Sequence record: NC_071007.1
DNA length: 64,000 nucleotides
Reading direction: 5' to 3' (one strand)
Shown here: positions 10,101-18,951 of the stretch, piece after piece
Position numbering within the stretch: the first letter of the stretch is position 1
Layout of the letters: every line of letters begins with the position of its first letter
Notes under the pieces: generated by a model
What the model was told of the DNA's origin: nothing
The model's input: the letters and a program-made list of their open reading frames with translations, nothing else
Databases searched by the model: none
Translations under genes and position numbers: made by a program

Positions 10101-10830
10101 CAGGTCTTATCCCTTCCAATGTCTCTTGTAACGTTGCTGTCGCAAAGTTGTCAACAAGATCTTTTCCAAGTGCTGCTTTGGTGACGCCATGTTCGTTATT
10201 GTGCGCTAAATCATGGTCATCAATCAATTTGAATAACTGTTTGCGATATTCTTCAATATAAACCAAAATGCGCTCTTGGAATTTATTTAGACGAATACTA
10301 ACATTAGGGGTGTTATTTTCTTGGATGGTGATAAGACGTAATATTTGTTTTGCCATATCGGCAAATGCAAAGAACTGGTACGTCCAATCATGTTGATGAA
10401 TATCCGGAATAAACCAAAGTGGCTTATTATCAATATTGTCCCAGTGAACCTTCCGGTCATCTTCGGTAAGGTTTCTTAACATGTTAAGTATTTCATTACT
10501 TAATTTATTAAAGTTACCTACTGTCTGATAGTCGATTTTCCAATTAGAGACTTCCTTATTCAGAATACGAATATAGAGTCCAACAGGTTTATTGGTGTAT
10601 TTTGTCAACCCGCCCATGATTCCGTAAAATTCATAGTCAACGTCAAGTTCCATTCGTTGGCCATTGGGGAAATACATTTTTACACTATTGATGTAAAAGG
10701 GAGCTTGTAATGGAATAAAAAAATTGTTATGAGGGTTCTCAGAACGTTCCCCTGCCTCTAATGTAATTTGGTTAAACGGCGAAACACCAGTTAAGTCCAA
10801 TTTATAAAGACCGTGATCTTCTCTGTTCAT
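7192..10830 (-). CDS. Tail fibre-like virion protein (1212 aa)
   Basis: N-terminal YKLDLTGVSPFNQITLE attachment-type domain, HNNEHGVTKAALGKDLVDNF fibre motif, long beta-rich body; paralog of 3267..7139. Confidence 0.75.
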   Translation of the reverse strand: MNREDHGLYKLDLTGVSPFNQITLEAGERSENPHNNFFIPLQAPFYINSVKMYFPNGQRMELDVDYEFYGIMGGLTKYTNKPVGLYIRILNKEVSNWKIDYQTVGNFNKLSNEILNMLRNLTEDDRKVHWDNIDNKPLWFIPDIHQHDWTYQFFAFADMAKQILRLITIQENNTPNVSIRLNKFQERILVYIEEYRKQLFKLIDDHDLAHNNEHGVTKAALGKDLVDNFATATLQETLEGIRPDLHITPYNATKAAELAAGRNERLFPAGALPILRYGSDSFIPPKIDGSFEGLGGTIHRCAATIESNGDLLVLQRRNNGRIKGLYFIKCQRWGEGRPIWENTGYRYSHPTATADGANLNAVINGSGPNILIVGDEDKNIWYWAETNGTLDPSRHILKRITGDWLNYSSNWRLAQVCADRNHREFNCIVMGAGAALIKTLRPSFIISPTSDTSLDGWLVFTNIYQDGTYKLANIDFETDDGKMNDQVFTPYIRKYDNNNKIVRAAFLPTKPLYSFWQYRSPHVFMKKHTNGNWGVMVEQSCFWVTDGSNLSQLLTVVWKGLFQPINGTTPTVKIERGPGEKLYTINPENITLSPDYEDFKNYKIPQFVFTAQDNAGSVFLSDDLRLEVSPIISPTVPLVGRLFKNGIYKTAETMIDKEDPINFKILDDITIDEKNPLGFSAGNFNPWCGVADDRDPTTSVVIVRQSVTDLDERLTKGTSKWIARATNFLNADWSTRTNNLLTMTFGVTPVKHYPLLNQSYDLNLGPQCVITQAAMPGVVAGRNNTFRKFLGADACSTLLGSPSDIGDGLLCYENDIRIVGKEIKIIPKVVYQLKQAMNRQLSIELAKIGVTGKDVSKSWTLTRAWTTTNEEFFILLVSWKEAAGNNISSIYMSAAPVKIVPIGTPTTVDGYQYYSDVNITFLKNFISKVLFHDTAYTDTEVLGFPNQLTSHSAVNFQSWNVANSSGVLVNTGGIFAQCRSLHRYGVIGDTLMPGMGLEIANDFTISRARAYKAPSVIMENISVITPGPTLGVPTTQNRALTEGAGIIARKYTVPANGNYYDRVGSSGYETDNTMTFSNLLSSTFTIYFKAMKNVILGGKAYDIPATYMDIRDIDSNPANKSFYVYLKYGAGRPIYFITPTQSAETAVNSLIASVICGASQINTIVPYNRFSMDGAIIGETRQGSIILATGGSIYEVADTSSILNPATDFVPE

Positions 10831-10848
10831 ATTTTAATCTCGCAAAGA

Positions 10849-10876
10849 GAAAGAGAGATCCGAAGACCTCTCTTTC
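10849..10876 (-). terminator. Hairpin with cUUCGg tetraloop
   Basis: Minus strand GAAAGAGAGGUC-UUCG-GAUCUCUCUUUC then UCUUUG; the G-U wobble and UUCG loop both favour folding on the minus-strand RNA. Confidence 0.75.
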
Positions 10877-10882
10877 CATAAA

Positions 10883-11647
10883 TTAATTCCAAAGACCTTG
10901 AGCGTATGAACGAATAAGGTATTTTGTTGCATTTACGTTCATGAGCAATTGAGAACTTTCACTTGTCAATAGTTCTTCGTGTTCGACCATTTCCCAGTCT
11001 TTTAAATGTTCCAATCCTAAATCTGCTAAAGTTGCTTTATGCGCATCACGAAGATCAGCTTCCAAATGTCGCTCAATCAATGCCTGCAAAGATTCGGGGT
11101 TCCCAGGGGAGGCGACAGCATCGATATAGCTTTGCATCGCAACCAACATATCATCGTACCCAATGGTATCACTAGCAGGATGATCGTGGGGGTCCGGAGG
11201 GAACACCAACGGAATATTGACAATTTGATTCCAGTCAGCGCGACGTGGACTAGTAATGATGGTCGCAACAGCTTCTGCATAGGCGATGTCATCCAATACA
11301 AAATCGGCACCAATGGTATTGTATTCAATAACAAGGTTAGTTGGATCAGTTACATTATGGACTTGGATCCCACCATAAACTAATTGTGAATAACGTCGAA
11401 TAAATGCACCAAACGGGTAAACAAAAGAAAAGTCCCCTGTTTCCATTCTAAGTTCACGACCAGAGTCCTTTAGAAATACCTTAAAACTAGTTGTGAAAAA
11501 AGGACCTTTGCGAGGAAGAAAAACCACACCTTTTGGATTTGGTTCAACGTGAACTAATTCATCTTTGATTTCGTTTTCAGGGTTATCGTTAAACGGATTC
11601 CAAGGATAAATTAATTGACCAACTGAGGTGGCGATATCATTTGCCAT
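10883..11647 (-). CDS. Virion structural protein sharing the fibre N-terminal domain (254 aa)
   Basis: YPWNPFNDNPENEIKDE, APFF-like GPFF, ADWNQIVNIPLVFPPDPHDH resemble the N-terminal ~150 aa of the two fibre proteins (DIPIPWIVPSEGPFY; KVHWDNIDNKPLWFIPDIHQHDW). Confidence 0.65.
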   Translation of the reverse strand: MANDIATSVGQLIYPWNPFNDNPENEIKDELVHVEPNPKGVVFLPRKGPFFTTSFKVFLKDSGRELRMETGDFSFVYPFGAFIRRYSQLVYGGIQVHNVTDPTNLVIEYNTIGADFVLDDIAYAEAVATIITSPRRADWNQIVNIPLVFPPDPHDHPASDTIGYDDMLVAMQSYIDAVASPGNPESLQALIERHLEADLRDAHKATLADLGLEHLKDWEMVEHEELLTSESSQLLMNVNATKYLIRSYAQGLWN

Positions 11648-11678
11648 AGAAACCTCTATTAAGAGTAAGGTAAAAAAA

Positions 11679-12911
11679 ATGTATAAATACTTATATGCTG
11701 TTGGACGATATAAGGATTTTCAACCTGGTTTTCATGTCGTAGATATTGGCAATTACTACGTAAAAGATTTGGAGAAATTGTTCTCTATCCTCTATGTGGT
11801 GATCGAGGATCAACTCTATAATGTCAATAAGGCTATTACGCTGGACGATTATAGAACTGATTTTGCTAAAGATTCCCTAAATGGTATTCAGGGCTGGCTC
11901 GATAACAAAAACCAAGTTGTCCTTAAAACATCAGAAATTGTTCCTGGTAAAAACAAACAGTATGTGAAGATGGAACGTTTGTTTACAAACGGGTATTTTC
12001 ATCATCCTGCTGATATTAATCTTGCAAAAGATAGCCAGTCAACGCTCTTAGCTGACTCATCACCAGACGTTCGTTTAGCTCACTATAAATACATAGATGG
12101 CATTGATTATAACAAACAAGTAGAGCAAAGTTTGTTTACAGTCAATGGAGTATTTGTAAGAGCACTTGGACGACAAGACGGCATTTATTTGTTAGGTGCC
12201 GGCTTTGATTACATGGAAACTAAACAAGATCTTCGAATTGGTGCATTAAATTTTCAGAAAATTGGAAAAATAAAAACCATTCCTATTACCAAAGATCTAT
12301 TGTTTAATGTTGATAGTAATGTTAATAAGCGGTGGAAAATAAAATTAGCAGACCAATCCCTTAATAACAAAACTATTTGGGTAGTTGTTAACGGACAGTT
12401 GTTAACAGATCCTGATCTAATTTATCAAGTCGGTGATAACGAAATTATGCTTGATATGGGATCATTCGATGCCATGTCCCATTACCAGACATATCGGGAA
12501 TATACTCGAACACCTAAGTTAACCAATATGCTAAAAATAGATGAGTATAAGAGTAACGTGCTAACAATGCATAACTCATTTATTATTTTGATTGATAATC
12601 CGACCATTGGAATCAGTGTTACACCTTTAACAACATTCCATTACCCTAATGTTTTCCATACGGAAGAACGGTTTGAGCATCCCTTAATGATAGAGAACGG
12701 TTTATTCCCAGTTCCTTATGTTAAAACGTACGGTGTAAAACAGCGATTATTAAATCACGACGTTAGGATTAAACGTCATTACCCTATTCAAACAAGTGGG
12801 GTGATGGCGAATAATTTTGTTAACTCCCTGGATACATTATCAGGTAATCCAGGTCATCTTCCCAAAGGTTTCTTATTTAAAATCTTTGGGGTTAACTTTG
12901 AGAGGGCTTGA
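11679..12911 (+). CDS. Conserved virion structural protein (phiKZ gp130-like position), ~410 aa
   Basis: Long ORF; ATG at 11679 preceded by AAGG. The track start (11628) overlaps the divergent gene and is probably over-extended. Product is inferred from synteny. Confidence 0.55.
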   Translation: MYKYLYAVGRYKDFQPGFHVVDIGNYYVKDLEKLFSILYVVIEDQLYNVNKAITLDDYRTDFAKDSLNGIQGWLDNKNQVVLKTSEIVPGKNKQYVKMERLFTNGYFHHPADINLAKDSQSTLLADSSPDVRLAHYKYIDGIDYNKQVEQSLFTVNGVFVRALGRQDGIYLLGAGFDYMETKQDLRIGALNFQKIGKIKTIPITKDLLFNVDSNVNKRWKIKLADQSLNNKTIWVVVNGQLLTDPDLIYQVGDNEIMLDMGSFDAMSHYQTYREYTRTPKLTNMLKIDEYKSNVLTMHNSFIILIDNPTIGISVTPLTTFHYPNVFHTEERFEHPLMIENGLFPVPYVKTYGVKQRLLNHDVRIKRHYPIQTSGVMANNFVNSLDTLSGNPGHLPKGFLFKIFGVNFERA

Positions 12912-12912
12912 T

Positions 12913-13428
12913 ATGTTTCCTAGTATTCTTCCTGCTGGTTTTGGGGGTATTGATAAAACAAAGTTATTGACTACCCTTGGTGTTTGGATTCTTATTCTGT
13001 TTGTTAGTTATGCCATGTTTTTTAAAGAAGATCCAAATAAGCTAAATCAAGAAACCGTTGAGAAATTAGTTGTTGCAGTTGATAAGTTTTCAGAAGCTTC
13101 TATTAATCTAACTAAAGCAGCTAATGAACAAAGGGAGTGGGTTCAAAATTTACAACAACAAATAGCTAAACAGAACGTTTTGTTGGAACAAGGATATCGA
13201 GGAATCTATGAACAGTTTGACTACAATCAAGCAGATAGTAATGCTAGTCTTGATGACATTTATGCTAAGCAGTTGCTCCAGTCAACCCAAAGTGACGGTA
13301 GCTGGAACTTACGTAGAGATGAAAACAGAACTAGCAAAACTACAACTATACAAGGAACAATTAAAGAACTTAAGGACATCGTTCACCCAGCTCCCGGAGA
13401 CCGTATATTCCCCAAACTGGACAAGTAA
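12913..13428 (+). CDS. Putative inner-membrane spanin (Rz-like), 171 aa
   Basis: GAGGG SD before ATG 12913; single N-terminal TM segment (LLTTLGVWILILFVSYAMFF) followed by a coiled-coil-like periplasmic region; overlapped by a lipoprotein gene in the +1 frame. Confidence 0.7.
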   Translation: MFPSILPAGFGGIDKTKLLTTLGVWILILFVSYAMFFKEDPNKLNQETVEKLVVAVDKFSEASINLTKAANEQREWVQNLQQQIAKQNVLLEQGYRGIYEQFDYNQADSNASLDDIYAKQLLQSTQSDGSWNLRRDENRTSKTTTIQGTIKELKDIVHPAPGDRIFPKLDK

Positions 13429-13654
13429 ACCAGAACGGATGTCACAGTTAAATCAATTTTTAATGATGAATGATTGTCTGACAACCTCCGCTAAAGAAAC
13501 TTGTTACAAAACAACAAGGCTGTTATTAATAGCCACTACTCGTGAATTGGATATGACTAATATTCAAGTAGAGGGGTTAAATAAATCAATTGATCAATTG
13601 ATTAAAAATATAGATATCATCATTACACAATTAAGTAACGAAGAAAAGAAATAA
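13208..13654 (+). CDS. Putative outer-membrane spanin lipoprotein (Rz1-like), 148 aa
   Basis: GAGG SD; signal peptide with lipobox L-S-S-C (Cys23); overlaps the i-spanin candidate by 221 nt in the +1 frame; two further Cys (C-x8-C). Confidence 0.7.
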   Translation: MNSLTTIKQIVMLVLMTFMLSSCSSQPKVTVAGTYVEMKTELAKLQLYKEQLKNLRTSFTQLPETVYSPNWTSKPERMSQLNQFLMMNDCLTTSAKETCYKTTRLLLIATTRELDMTNIQVEGLNKSIDQLIKNIDIIITQLSNEEKK

Positions 13655-13660
13655 CAAAGT

Positions 13661-13696
13661 TAACTCCCACTATCCTGGTTAGGATAGTGGGAGTTA
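13661..13696. terminator. Bidirectional terminator-like hairpin (16-bp perfect stem)
   Basis: TAACTCCCACTATCCT-GGTT-AGGATAGTGGGAGTTA between convergent genes. Confidence 0.75.
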
Positions 13697-13701
13697 TTGC
13701 A

Positions 13702-14409
13702 TTACTTTGGTTTTACTGCAAGTGCTTCAGCCAACCAGGTTCTTAACTTAATAATGATCCCGCCTGATTTTACCAATACGTTTAATGTATTAGCAGCTCT
13801 GACAAAATGCCAGGAAGTAATGATAGGACCAATAACAGCTAAGAATATTTCTATATCACCAGGCATCAATTTATCTAATAAAATAGCTTCCCTAATAGAC
13901 CATGTAAAAATCAAACTACCAAAACAAATCACATGAACTGAAACACATCCGGCAACCGCTCTCATCAACACTGTGGACAATCCAAAGAGCCGGCGCTCTA
14001 TTGCTACGTCTTCTTCGGTAATGATCTTAGAATGCTGTTTAATGTGCTTTGTCGTGCATTTTAAATCATCACAAGCCCTGGTTGTTTCATCTTCTACAAC
14101 TTCTTCAACTTCTGGTTCTTGTTCTACACGTAATACCGAGGAAAGCATAGTGTTGGCGTTAACAAAATGCCATGCCATGATTACAACACCACAAGTCATC
14201 AAAAATATTTGTGTTGGAGTAAACCAACCTATTTTTGTATACATAATGGCATCATGCATTGTTACAACAAATATTAATGTTGTTATGGCAACGGTTAAAC
14301 ATGAATTAAAACCTGACGTTGATTTTAATATCATCGGTATCCAATCATAATCATCGATCGGGTTTACCGATGGAATTGGTTTCTTCTCCATTAAGTACAT
14401 TCCATCCAA
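13702..14409 (-). CDS. Multi-pass membrane protein with internal duplication (holin/antiholin candidate)
   Basis: About four hydrophobic segments in two similar halves, each ending in WHFV-x-A, separated by an acidic loop; adjacent to the spanin pair. Holin role is inference only. Confidence 0.5.
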   Translation of the reverse strand: MDGMYLMEKKPIPSVNPIDDYDWIPMILKSTSGFNSCLTVAITTLIFVVTMHDAIMYTKIGWFTPTQIFLMTCGVVIMAWHFVNANTMLSSVLRVEQEPEVEEVVEDETTRACDDLKCTTKHIKQHSKIITEEDVAIERRLFGLSTVLMRAVAGCVSVHVICFGSLIFTWSIREAILLDKLMPGDIEIFLAVIGPIITSWHFVRAANTLNVLVKSGGIIIKLRTWLAEALAVKPK

Positions 14410-14941
14410 GATCTTTATAGTACTGGACAGCGACGTACAGGGACATCAAAATTGCATCATGGGCGTGTTCTGAAAGAAGATCTAAATCAAAACCATTTAA
14501 ATCTAAAAAGGAACATTTTGATAATCCCTTTTTAACATCTTCTTTTTCAGATCCTCTAAAGTCTGCACCAACTATTTGTTTTCCGAGACGTGGAAGAATC
14601 AGTTTAAACGGTGTGTCTTTCTTGTTGGTTGTCGTATAAATATTGAAGTATGAGACGACTTCAATGAGACGTTTAAACGACGCTGGATTCAGACCTAAGA
14701 AGTTATCTTCGCATCCTACCACATTAGGTTCAATTAAATCAAAAACATGTGAATAAGCGCGTGTCAACCCTTTAGCAAAAACCTGATGTTCTCCATCAGC
14801 TCTGACACCATACGTGTTATAATCACCAAGGATAGTATCGGCATAAATTAGCTTAAAAGGTCCTTTTTTATGGATAGAAACTTCTAAAGCTGCTAAACCT
14901 AAACTCCTTGTCCCTGGGTCAATCCCCATAATTTTAATCAT
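14351..14941 (-). CDS. ruvC: RuvC-like Holliday junction resolvase
   Basis: N-terminal MGIDPG motif, central E (GCEDNF), KEDVKK helix and C-terminal HAHDA motif match the RuvC catalytic acidic residues. Confidence 0.85.
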   Translation of the reverse strand: MIKIMGIDPGTRSLGLAALEVSIHKKGPFKLIYADTILGDYNTYGVRADGEHQVFAKGLTRAYSHVFDLIEPNVVGCEDNFLGLNPASFKRLIEVVSYFNIYTTTNKKDTPFKLILPRLGKQIVGADFRGSEKEDVKKGLSKCSFLDLNGFDLDLLSEHAHDAILMSLYVAVQYYKDLGWNVLNGEETNSIGKPDR

Positions 14942-14945
14942 ACTC

Positions 14946-15548
14946 TTAACCTACTGACAAAGAGTACACAACGGGAATACCCATACTTTTCAATTCAACT
15001 ACTGCGACATAAGACACATTAGAATTGATTTTATATTCTTCTGGGAGATTTTGAAAATCACCTAAATACAGTAATTTAAAATCCGCCGTTGTGTTAGCAC
15101 GATCTGGATTACAGCTCCAGCCTAAACCAATTTTATATTGATTTAGCAATTCCATTAATTGTCGAGCCTTTTCCAACTGAACCAAGTGAGTTTCTTCCCC
15201 ACCAAAACTGTTAGCTAAAAAATCTAATTCTTTTTTGTCGTTGATTAACAACGCCTGATATTTCATGATTTCAGGATGTTTTAAACTTTTTGGATGTAAG
15301 AGAATTTTAGTTTCTTCTATTCCAGTATCGCCGTTTTTAACAATCCACTCAACCAAGCCAGATTTATTATTAATTAAATCAATTCGTAAAGTACCGGTCT
15401 GATCAAGAGAAACAGTTCGGTCCAAGTAATTAGACCGAACTAAACCTAACTGGTAAATATTATTGATTTTGTAAATAACGCTTTCTATTTTTTCATCAAT
15501 TTCAAGCGGGATATTTAAACTGGCTTGGGAGGTTGTTTTTAAATTCAT
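14946..15548 (-). CDS. Hypothetical protein, probably virion-associated (200 aa)
   Basis: Intact ORF with GGAGG SD inside the structural operon; no recognised motif. Confidence 0.5.
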   Translation of the reverse strand: MNLKTTSQASLNIPLEIDEKIESVIYKINNIYQLGLVRSNYLDRTVSLDQTGTLRIDLINNKSGLVEWIVKNGDTGIEETKILLHPKSLKHPEIMKYQALLINDKKELDFLANSFGGEETHLVQLEKARQLMELLNQYKIGLGWSCNPDRANTTADFKLLYLGDFQNLPEEYKINSNVSYVAVVELKSMGIPVVYSLSVG

Positions 15549-15563
15549 GCAACCTCCTCAATA

Positions 15564-16484
15564 TTAACCTGCTAACTGACTTTGATCAATTAGAAGTGGA
15601 AGTGAGTTACCGTAATGGAAGAACCACGGCATCTTCGTATTGGCGTTTGCATCACGAGCCCAAGCTTCAGTAATTACATAAGCAGCAACAGCAGATTGTA
15701 ATTCCTGATAGTTTACTGTACCTGATTCACCAATTTGGCCATCGTGGGTTGTTTCAACACCATAAGCAAGATACATTTCATTGATAGCAGCAACAGAAGA
15801 ATCGTTAAACAAAATCCGACATACATTTTTAATTTCGGTCAGATCAGATTCAGTCAAGCTTAGATCCATCTTACCAGTTGCGTTAACATATTCGTTAGTA
15901 AGAGGAATCGCATTTACAGATGTTAGTTCATACGGGGTGGGGGACAAATCTTCTTCTTTTGGTACATAAGGACGTTCGGTCTCATTACCAGTTTCAGGAT
16001 CTTTACTACCAATTTTAACCGATGGATCAAATTCAGTAAACCCAATCTTTTTCAAGTAATAAAACACGTAAACTTTATCACCAACAGGTCGAACGACTCG
16101 AAGTCTAAAGTTCTTCCGAATTTCCGGGTCAACATCATTGGTGATCTCACGAGCCAGGAACGGGATTGGATAAAAAGCATTCCCATCGGTAGTTTTATGT
16201 TGATTAACTTTACGAGCTTCGATTCCGGATGAACCTACACCGATGGAGCGAGAACCACCAATCCCAATTCCATAATAACCCAAATAGAAATCTTTACCGT
16301 GTTTTTCACCCCAAGATTCATCAGCAAGCACACCATATTTTTCATTTAGTGTTGACCATTTAGGAAGTATAAATGGTTGACGAGTGGTTACTGCTGCTGA
16401 TATAACGCCGCCCATACCAAGCGGAGTTGCTAAGGTACTGGGTAGTTTAGATTTAGTACGACCAGTGTCAATTGTGGTAGACAT
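15564..16484 (-). CDS. Conserved virion structural protein (phiKZ gp127-like position), 306 aa
   Basis: Intact ORF; sits two genes from the portal-divergent gene, as in phiKZ-like synteny; contains YYGIGIGG and AINEMYLAYG segments. Confidence 0.6.
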   Translation of the reverse strand: MSTTIDTGRTKSKLPSTLATPLGMGGVISAAVTTRQPFILPKWSTLNEKYGVLADESWGEKHGKDFYLGYYGIGIGGSRSIGVGSSGIEARKVNQHKTTDGNAFYPIPFLAREITNDVDPEIRKNFRLRVVRPVGDKVYVFYYLKKIGFTEFDPSVKIGSKDPETGNETERPYVPKEEDLSPTPYELTSVNAIPLTNEYVNATGKMDLSLTESDLTEIKNVCRILFNDSSVAAINEMYLAYGVETTHDGQIGESGTVNYQELQSAVAAYVITEAWARDANANTKMPWFFHYGNSLPLLIDQSQLAG

Positions 16485-16807
16485 TACATTTGTTCCTTAT
16501 AAATTTTAAATTGACCGTAATGAATTAAAACATCAGTTTTAATGGTAATTTCAAAATGGTCTCCTTTATCAATAATCGTTTCAATGTCTGAAGCATAAAA
16601 GGGAAGATATGATTCTCTTACAATTAATGCAACATATGAATTTGATAAAGATTCCATTGTTGTTTTAAATTTAAAACTATTAAGAAAACCTAAATTTGTT
16701 TTCTCATATTTAACATGACGATTTTCTACCAATAGAAAAAGTTCAGTTTCTTTATTAATTAATATCTGAACATTCTCTTCTGGAAACAAAGCTTGTAAAC
16801 GTTCCAT
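16484..16807 (-). CDS. Hypothetical protein (107 aa)
   Basis: ORF translationally coupled to both neighbours (TAATG overlap at 16484). Confidence 0.55.
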   Translation of the reverse strand: MERLQALFPEENVQILINKETELFLLVENRHVKYEKTNLGFLNSFKFKTTMESLSNSYVALIVRESYLPFYASDIETIIDKGDHFEITIKTDVLIHYGQFKIYKEQM

Positions 16808-16808
16808 T

Positions 16809-18929
16809 TTAACTCCAGTTTATAGGATCAGAACGAAGTGTTAAATGGTTTCGAATAATAAAGGCAGAAGGTTCGGGTGTTAACTCTACATCATATAAAT
16901 TTTGTTCATTAATAACAGCACCGGAACCAATGGATGTTGCATCTATATGATGAATAAAATTACCTTCAATTGATTGTGCTTTATTAACAACCTCCAACTG
17001 TCCTTCCGGTAACCCTTTTAAACCCAATTGGACAAGCTGTTGTTTATTATCACTTTCAAGTGCCGTATCACCATTGCCTGGATAAACATCACTATCAATC
17101 AACAAAGGAATTTCTAAACTGTAATCGCCTTCAGTATTTTCAGTGCTTCCGATATATTGAACAGTATAACTGGTTAAATCAGACATTAAGTTAATCAATG
17201 TTCTTTGTTGATCACCAATTGAAATAAAATTGATGTTTTCCCAACCAGTTACCTTCTTCCAAATACTCCAAGCTAAATCCAATAACTCTTCTTGACCATA
17301 ATCACTAAAAGAAAGATCATTTTCACTTAGAAATTGTTGATATGTGGGCGTAGTTGTTAATTTAGCGATGCCTGTTTCATACAAAGATTCAACAGCATTC
17401 TTAACACGAGATTGTGTGAATAAATTATTGATTCTAAGATATAACTTTTTATGGCTCCAAATCTTATCGTGAACTTCTTTTACTTTGTTGAAAAATCCAT
17501 CTGGCGAAACCAGTTTAGGATATGATACTTCCACATTTAAAATGTTTTTAACAACTTCTTCAGTCAGAATTTCCTTATGACCAAGATTCATTAAATCCAC
17601 ATAGGTGGGTGGAGTAATTTTTCTAACAAAATAATAATCGTAATAGGGGATATCTGGTCTTTGAAATCCTCTATATTTATCCATTAAATAACACCAAAGT
17701 ATGTAGGCATTCTTGGTGTCTAATCTAAACCTTCTTGCTGTTCTAATATCTGTAAAATCATGATTAATAACATACAAGTCGTTTGCAGCAAGATACAACC
17801 AGTGATTATGTAAGACCCGCATAATGGATTGTGGATTGCGATCGGTTGCATCCACCATGGTAGATTCCAATACCTTTGTTGGGATATTGGAAACCATATC
17901 ATAACGGATGGCGTAATCTGTAATCTCATGATCCATTTCTTGGTTCAATTCATTATCAAAAGCAAGAGGATTCTCTTTTCTAATAACTTCCTGAACACTC
18001 CAAAGACGAGTAGAAACACCAAATTGATCTGCCAAGTTTACAGGTTTGGAGATTAATTTTGGCGTGGGAGTCAATGTTTCTAATTGGTCAGTGGTAGTTT
18101 GTAAAATTTCATAGCGAGCAAGAGGAATAGAACGCTCAGTTAGTAAAATGTCAACTAACTCATCAAATGTTTTACGTCTTCCTTGTAATCTTAATACATA
18201 ATCGAGATTACGATAAAGCCACATTGTCTGTTTTCTTGTTAACACATCTTTATAGATGGTTGAAAGTCCAAGTGAACTTAAGCGAGACCAAATATAAAAT
18301 TCATGCGCGTATCGTGTTCCTTCCGCTTCCTTTCTTATTTGTAAAATAGCAGAAACCAATGAACCATAAAGATTTGCCAACAGGGCAGTTAGCATCAAAT
18401 TGTCGGTTAACAGATATTCCGTATTAAAGGAATTATCTACCATGTTATAAATATGTTCTTGCAACGCAGGGATAAGTTGATATTCATTCCAAAGAACATA
18501 ATCAGTATTATAACGTAAAATTTGATAATTCTTTGCTGGTATGGATTCCGAAGGTGGAATAGGGTTTATGATTCCATTAATCAAATCACGTTGACCTTGA
18601 TATTTATCTACCAACCGAGTGTAGTGATAACTACCTTGTCGATACGCCCTTTTTGTTGCTGGGTGAAGATCAAGATCTGCTTTTGTAAAATTAATAATTT
18701 CGCCATTATCTAGAGACTGAACAGTCATCATAACGTCAGTGCTATGATATTCACCATTAAGATTTAAATAATACCGCCACTTTGTTTTGTCATTTCCTGG
18801 ATTTAATCCGTAATAACCTTCCATTAAACGATTATCTAATAATGCTTGGTCTTCGCATTTAATCACAAAGGTTCGACAAAACGAAATGGTCCTTTTTATG
18901 TAAGCACCAAATTCGACATTATTGAGCAT
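16809..18929 (-). CDS. Conserved virion structural protein (phiKZ gp128-like), 706 aa
   Basis: N-terminal KWRYYLNLNGEYHSTD / SLDNGEIINFTK segment characteristic of the gene divergent from the portal in phiKZ-like phages (recalled). Confidence 0.65.
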   Translation of the reverse strand: MLNNVEFGAYIKRTISFCRTFVIKCEDQALLDNRLMEGYYGLNPGNDKTKWRYYLNLNGEYHSTDVMMTVQSLDNGEIINFTKADLDLHPATKRAYRQGSYHYTRLVDKYQGQRDLINGIINPIPPSESIPAKNYQILRYNTDYVLWNEYQLIPALQEHIYNMVDNSFNTEYLLTDNLMLTALLANLYGSLVSAILQIRKEAEGTRYAHEFYIWSRLSSLGLSTIYKDVLTRKQTMWLYRNLDYVLRLQGRRKTFDELVDILLTERSIPLARYEILQTTTDQLETLTPTPKLISKPVNLADQFGVSTRLWSVQEVIRKENPLAFDNELNQEMDHEITDYAIRYDMVSNIPTKVLESTMVDATDRNPQSIMRVLHNHWLYLAANDLYVINHDFTDIRTARRFRLDTKNAYILWCYLMDKYRGFQRPDIPYYDYYFVRKITPPTYVDLMNLGHKEILTEEVVKNILNVEVSYPKLVSPDGFFNKVKEVHDKIWSHKKLYLRINNLFTQSRVKNAVESLYETGIAKLTTTPTYQQFLSENDLSFSDYGQEELLDLAWSIWKKVTGWENINFISIGDQQRTLINLMSDLTSYTVQYIGSTENTEGDYSLEIPLLIDSDVYPGNGDTALESDNKQQLVQLGLKGLPEGQLEVVNKAQSIEGNFIHHIDATSIGSGAVINEQNLYDVELTPEPSAFIIRNHLTLRSDPINWS

Positions 18930-18951
18930 ATTTTATTTCCAAGGGAGATAT

